NCBI RefSeq assembly: GCF_001194135.2
Contig: NC_068988.1
Coordinates: forward strand, 28,193,809 to 28,257,808
DNA from: Octopus bimaculoides
Lineage: Eukaryota
DNA length: 64,000 nucleotides
Direction: 5' to 3'
Shown here: positions 62,592 to 64,000 of the stretch, piece by piece
Layout of the letters: every line of letters starts with the position of its first letter
Numbering within the stretch: position 1 is the stretch's first letter
Made by a program: the position numbers and the translations under genes
The notes under the pieces: generated by a model
Told to the model about the DNA's origin: nothing
Seen by the model: the letters and a program-made list of their open reading frames with translations, nothing else
Database searches by the model: none

Positions 62592-62814
62592 ACACACACA
62601 CACACATATATATACATATTATATACATATATATATATGCTGGTGCCATGTAAAAAGCACTCAATACACTCTGTAAAGTGGTTGGCATTAGGAAGGGCAT
62701 CCAACCGCGGAAACCACGCCAAAGAAGACAATGAAGCTTGGTATGGCTCCCAACCTTGTTGCAATCATGAGCGCAACATCCTAACCACGAGGTCATGTGC
62801 CTTTATCAATAATA

Positions 62815-62847
<33 letters not shown>

Positions 62848-62950
62848 GTGAAAAGTATTTATGAGTATTATTGAGAACAACTCAAGACTTGGCAAGCAAG
62901 TAATAACAGCTCCTAATTAGAATCATAACAAATATTTGAAAGTAACTTAC

Positions 62951-63489
62951 TTAGATTTTGGCAAATGTGGTATTGGCTTTGATACAATTTCTGGTAAAGA
63001 ATCCTTTCGTTTATGACCGTCATCGGTCAATTCTTCACTTGGTCGATCCGAAGAAGAGGACTCAGTAAGAGAACATACGTCAGCCGGAACATCACAGAGG
63101 CTGGTGGGAGATTCTGGTGGGAGGTCAGTAGAGTTTGGCCGTGAATCAGGAGGATGGTGAATAATTGCTTGAGTGATAATGCCATTGTGTAAGGTTTTAG
63201 GGGATGGTTCTGTCGATGAATTGGGCTGTGTTGTAGCATACTTGGAGGCACGAAACCGACTGGGAGATGTGGGGCTATCAGCGAGTTTATTGATCACAGG
63301 AGTAATGCTGTGAACATCACTACTGCTGTTGTTATTGTTGTTGTTGTTGTTGTTATTGTGGTTGTTGTTATTGTGATTAGGAGAGTAGGAATATCCTGAT
63401 AGTTTATGACCCCTCAGTTTGTCTGTCTTTGGGGAGTTACTTAAGACACTTGATGACTGGCTACATCGGGAGCAGGGACGAGATCTTTC
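62951..63489 (-). CDS. CAP-Gly protein large Ser/Pro/Asn-rich exon (most 5' exon visible)
   Basis: tttaatttcag|GAA phase 0. 179 open codons, ERSRPCSRCSQSS...poly-N...PIPHLPKS, then AA|gtaagt. Confidence 0.85.
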
Positions 63490-63575
63490 CTGAAATTAAA
63501 CATGAGACATTTGTTTTATATTTCGTATGTGTATTTCGTGTGCAAGATTCTTGATGTGGATACGTGTGTTGAAAG

Positions 63576-63823
63576 AAATACAATTAAACCTTGGGAGAGG
63601 CATTATGCTGGTAATAAACACACGCACTGGTTTAGTCCTTTATTAATTTATAAACAATATATAGTTTTTTGTTAAATAATTTCATTGCACTCTGAAGAGA
63701 TTGCAAGAGTGCAATGAAATTATTTAACAAAAAACTATATACTGTTTATAAATTAATAAAGGACTGAACCAGTGCGTGTGTTTATTACCAGCATAATGCC
63801 TCTCCCAAGGTTTAATTGTATTT
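63576..63823. repeat. 248-bp near-perfect palindrome (118-bp arms, 12-nt loop)
   Basis: Arms 63576-63693 and 63706-63823; I found two mismatches. Confidence 0.95.
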
Positions 63824-64000
63824 ATTTTATAATTCAACATCAAATCATAAGAATATCTTCTGNNNNNNNNNNNNNNNNNNNNNNNNNNNNNNNNNNNNNN
63901 NNNNNNNNNNNNNNNNNNNNNNNNNNNNNNNGGGGAGTGAGGGCTGTTGATTAGTTTGTGTGGGATTTTTTTTTATTCTTTTATTTGTTTCAGTCATTTG

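Overview
AT-rich, microsatellite- and SINE-dense animal genomic DNA with six N-gaps. The repeat families look like those of an octopod cephalopod (probably Octopus); that is an inference from recalled repeat consensus, not a database hit. Two protein-coding genes can be built by hand from splice signals and reading-frame phase, and they face tail-to-tail. (1) A complete + strand Sp1-4-clade transcription factor: 7 coding exons at 21870-46367, 2409 nt, 802 aa, with Sp box, Q/S/T-rich activation region, buttonhead box and three C2H2 fingers. Its leader carries upstream ATGs in all three frames, and one uORF stops immediately before the main ATG and in frame with it. (2) The 3' part of a - strand gene absent from the ORF track except as fragments: 8-9 phase-consistent exons at 63489-54646. 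It encodes a Ser/Asn-rich region, a coiled coil, a Pro/Cys motif and one atypical CAP-Gly domain (GVNDG instead of GKNDG), and fits no family I can name. The rest is tRNA-derived and RTE-tailed SINEs, fossil hAT, Penelope and RTE fragments, MITEs (hAT-, piggyBac- and Helentron-like), several fold-back elements (one 248-bp near-perfect palindrome) and two diverged local duplications. There are weak traces of a further - strand transcript at about 6.6-14.1 kb. I found no CRISPR array, rRNA or true tRNA gene, and no demonstrably new biological system. The best leads are the orphan CAP-Gly protein, the Sp uORF arrangement and the intronic dsRNA structures.
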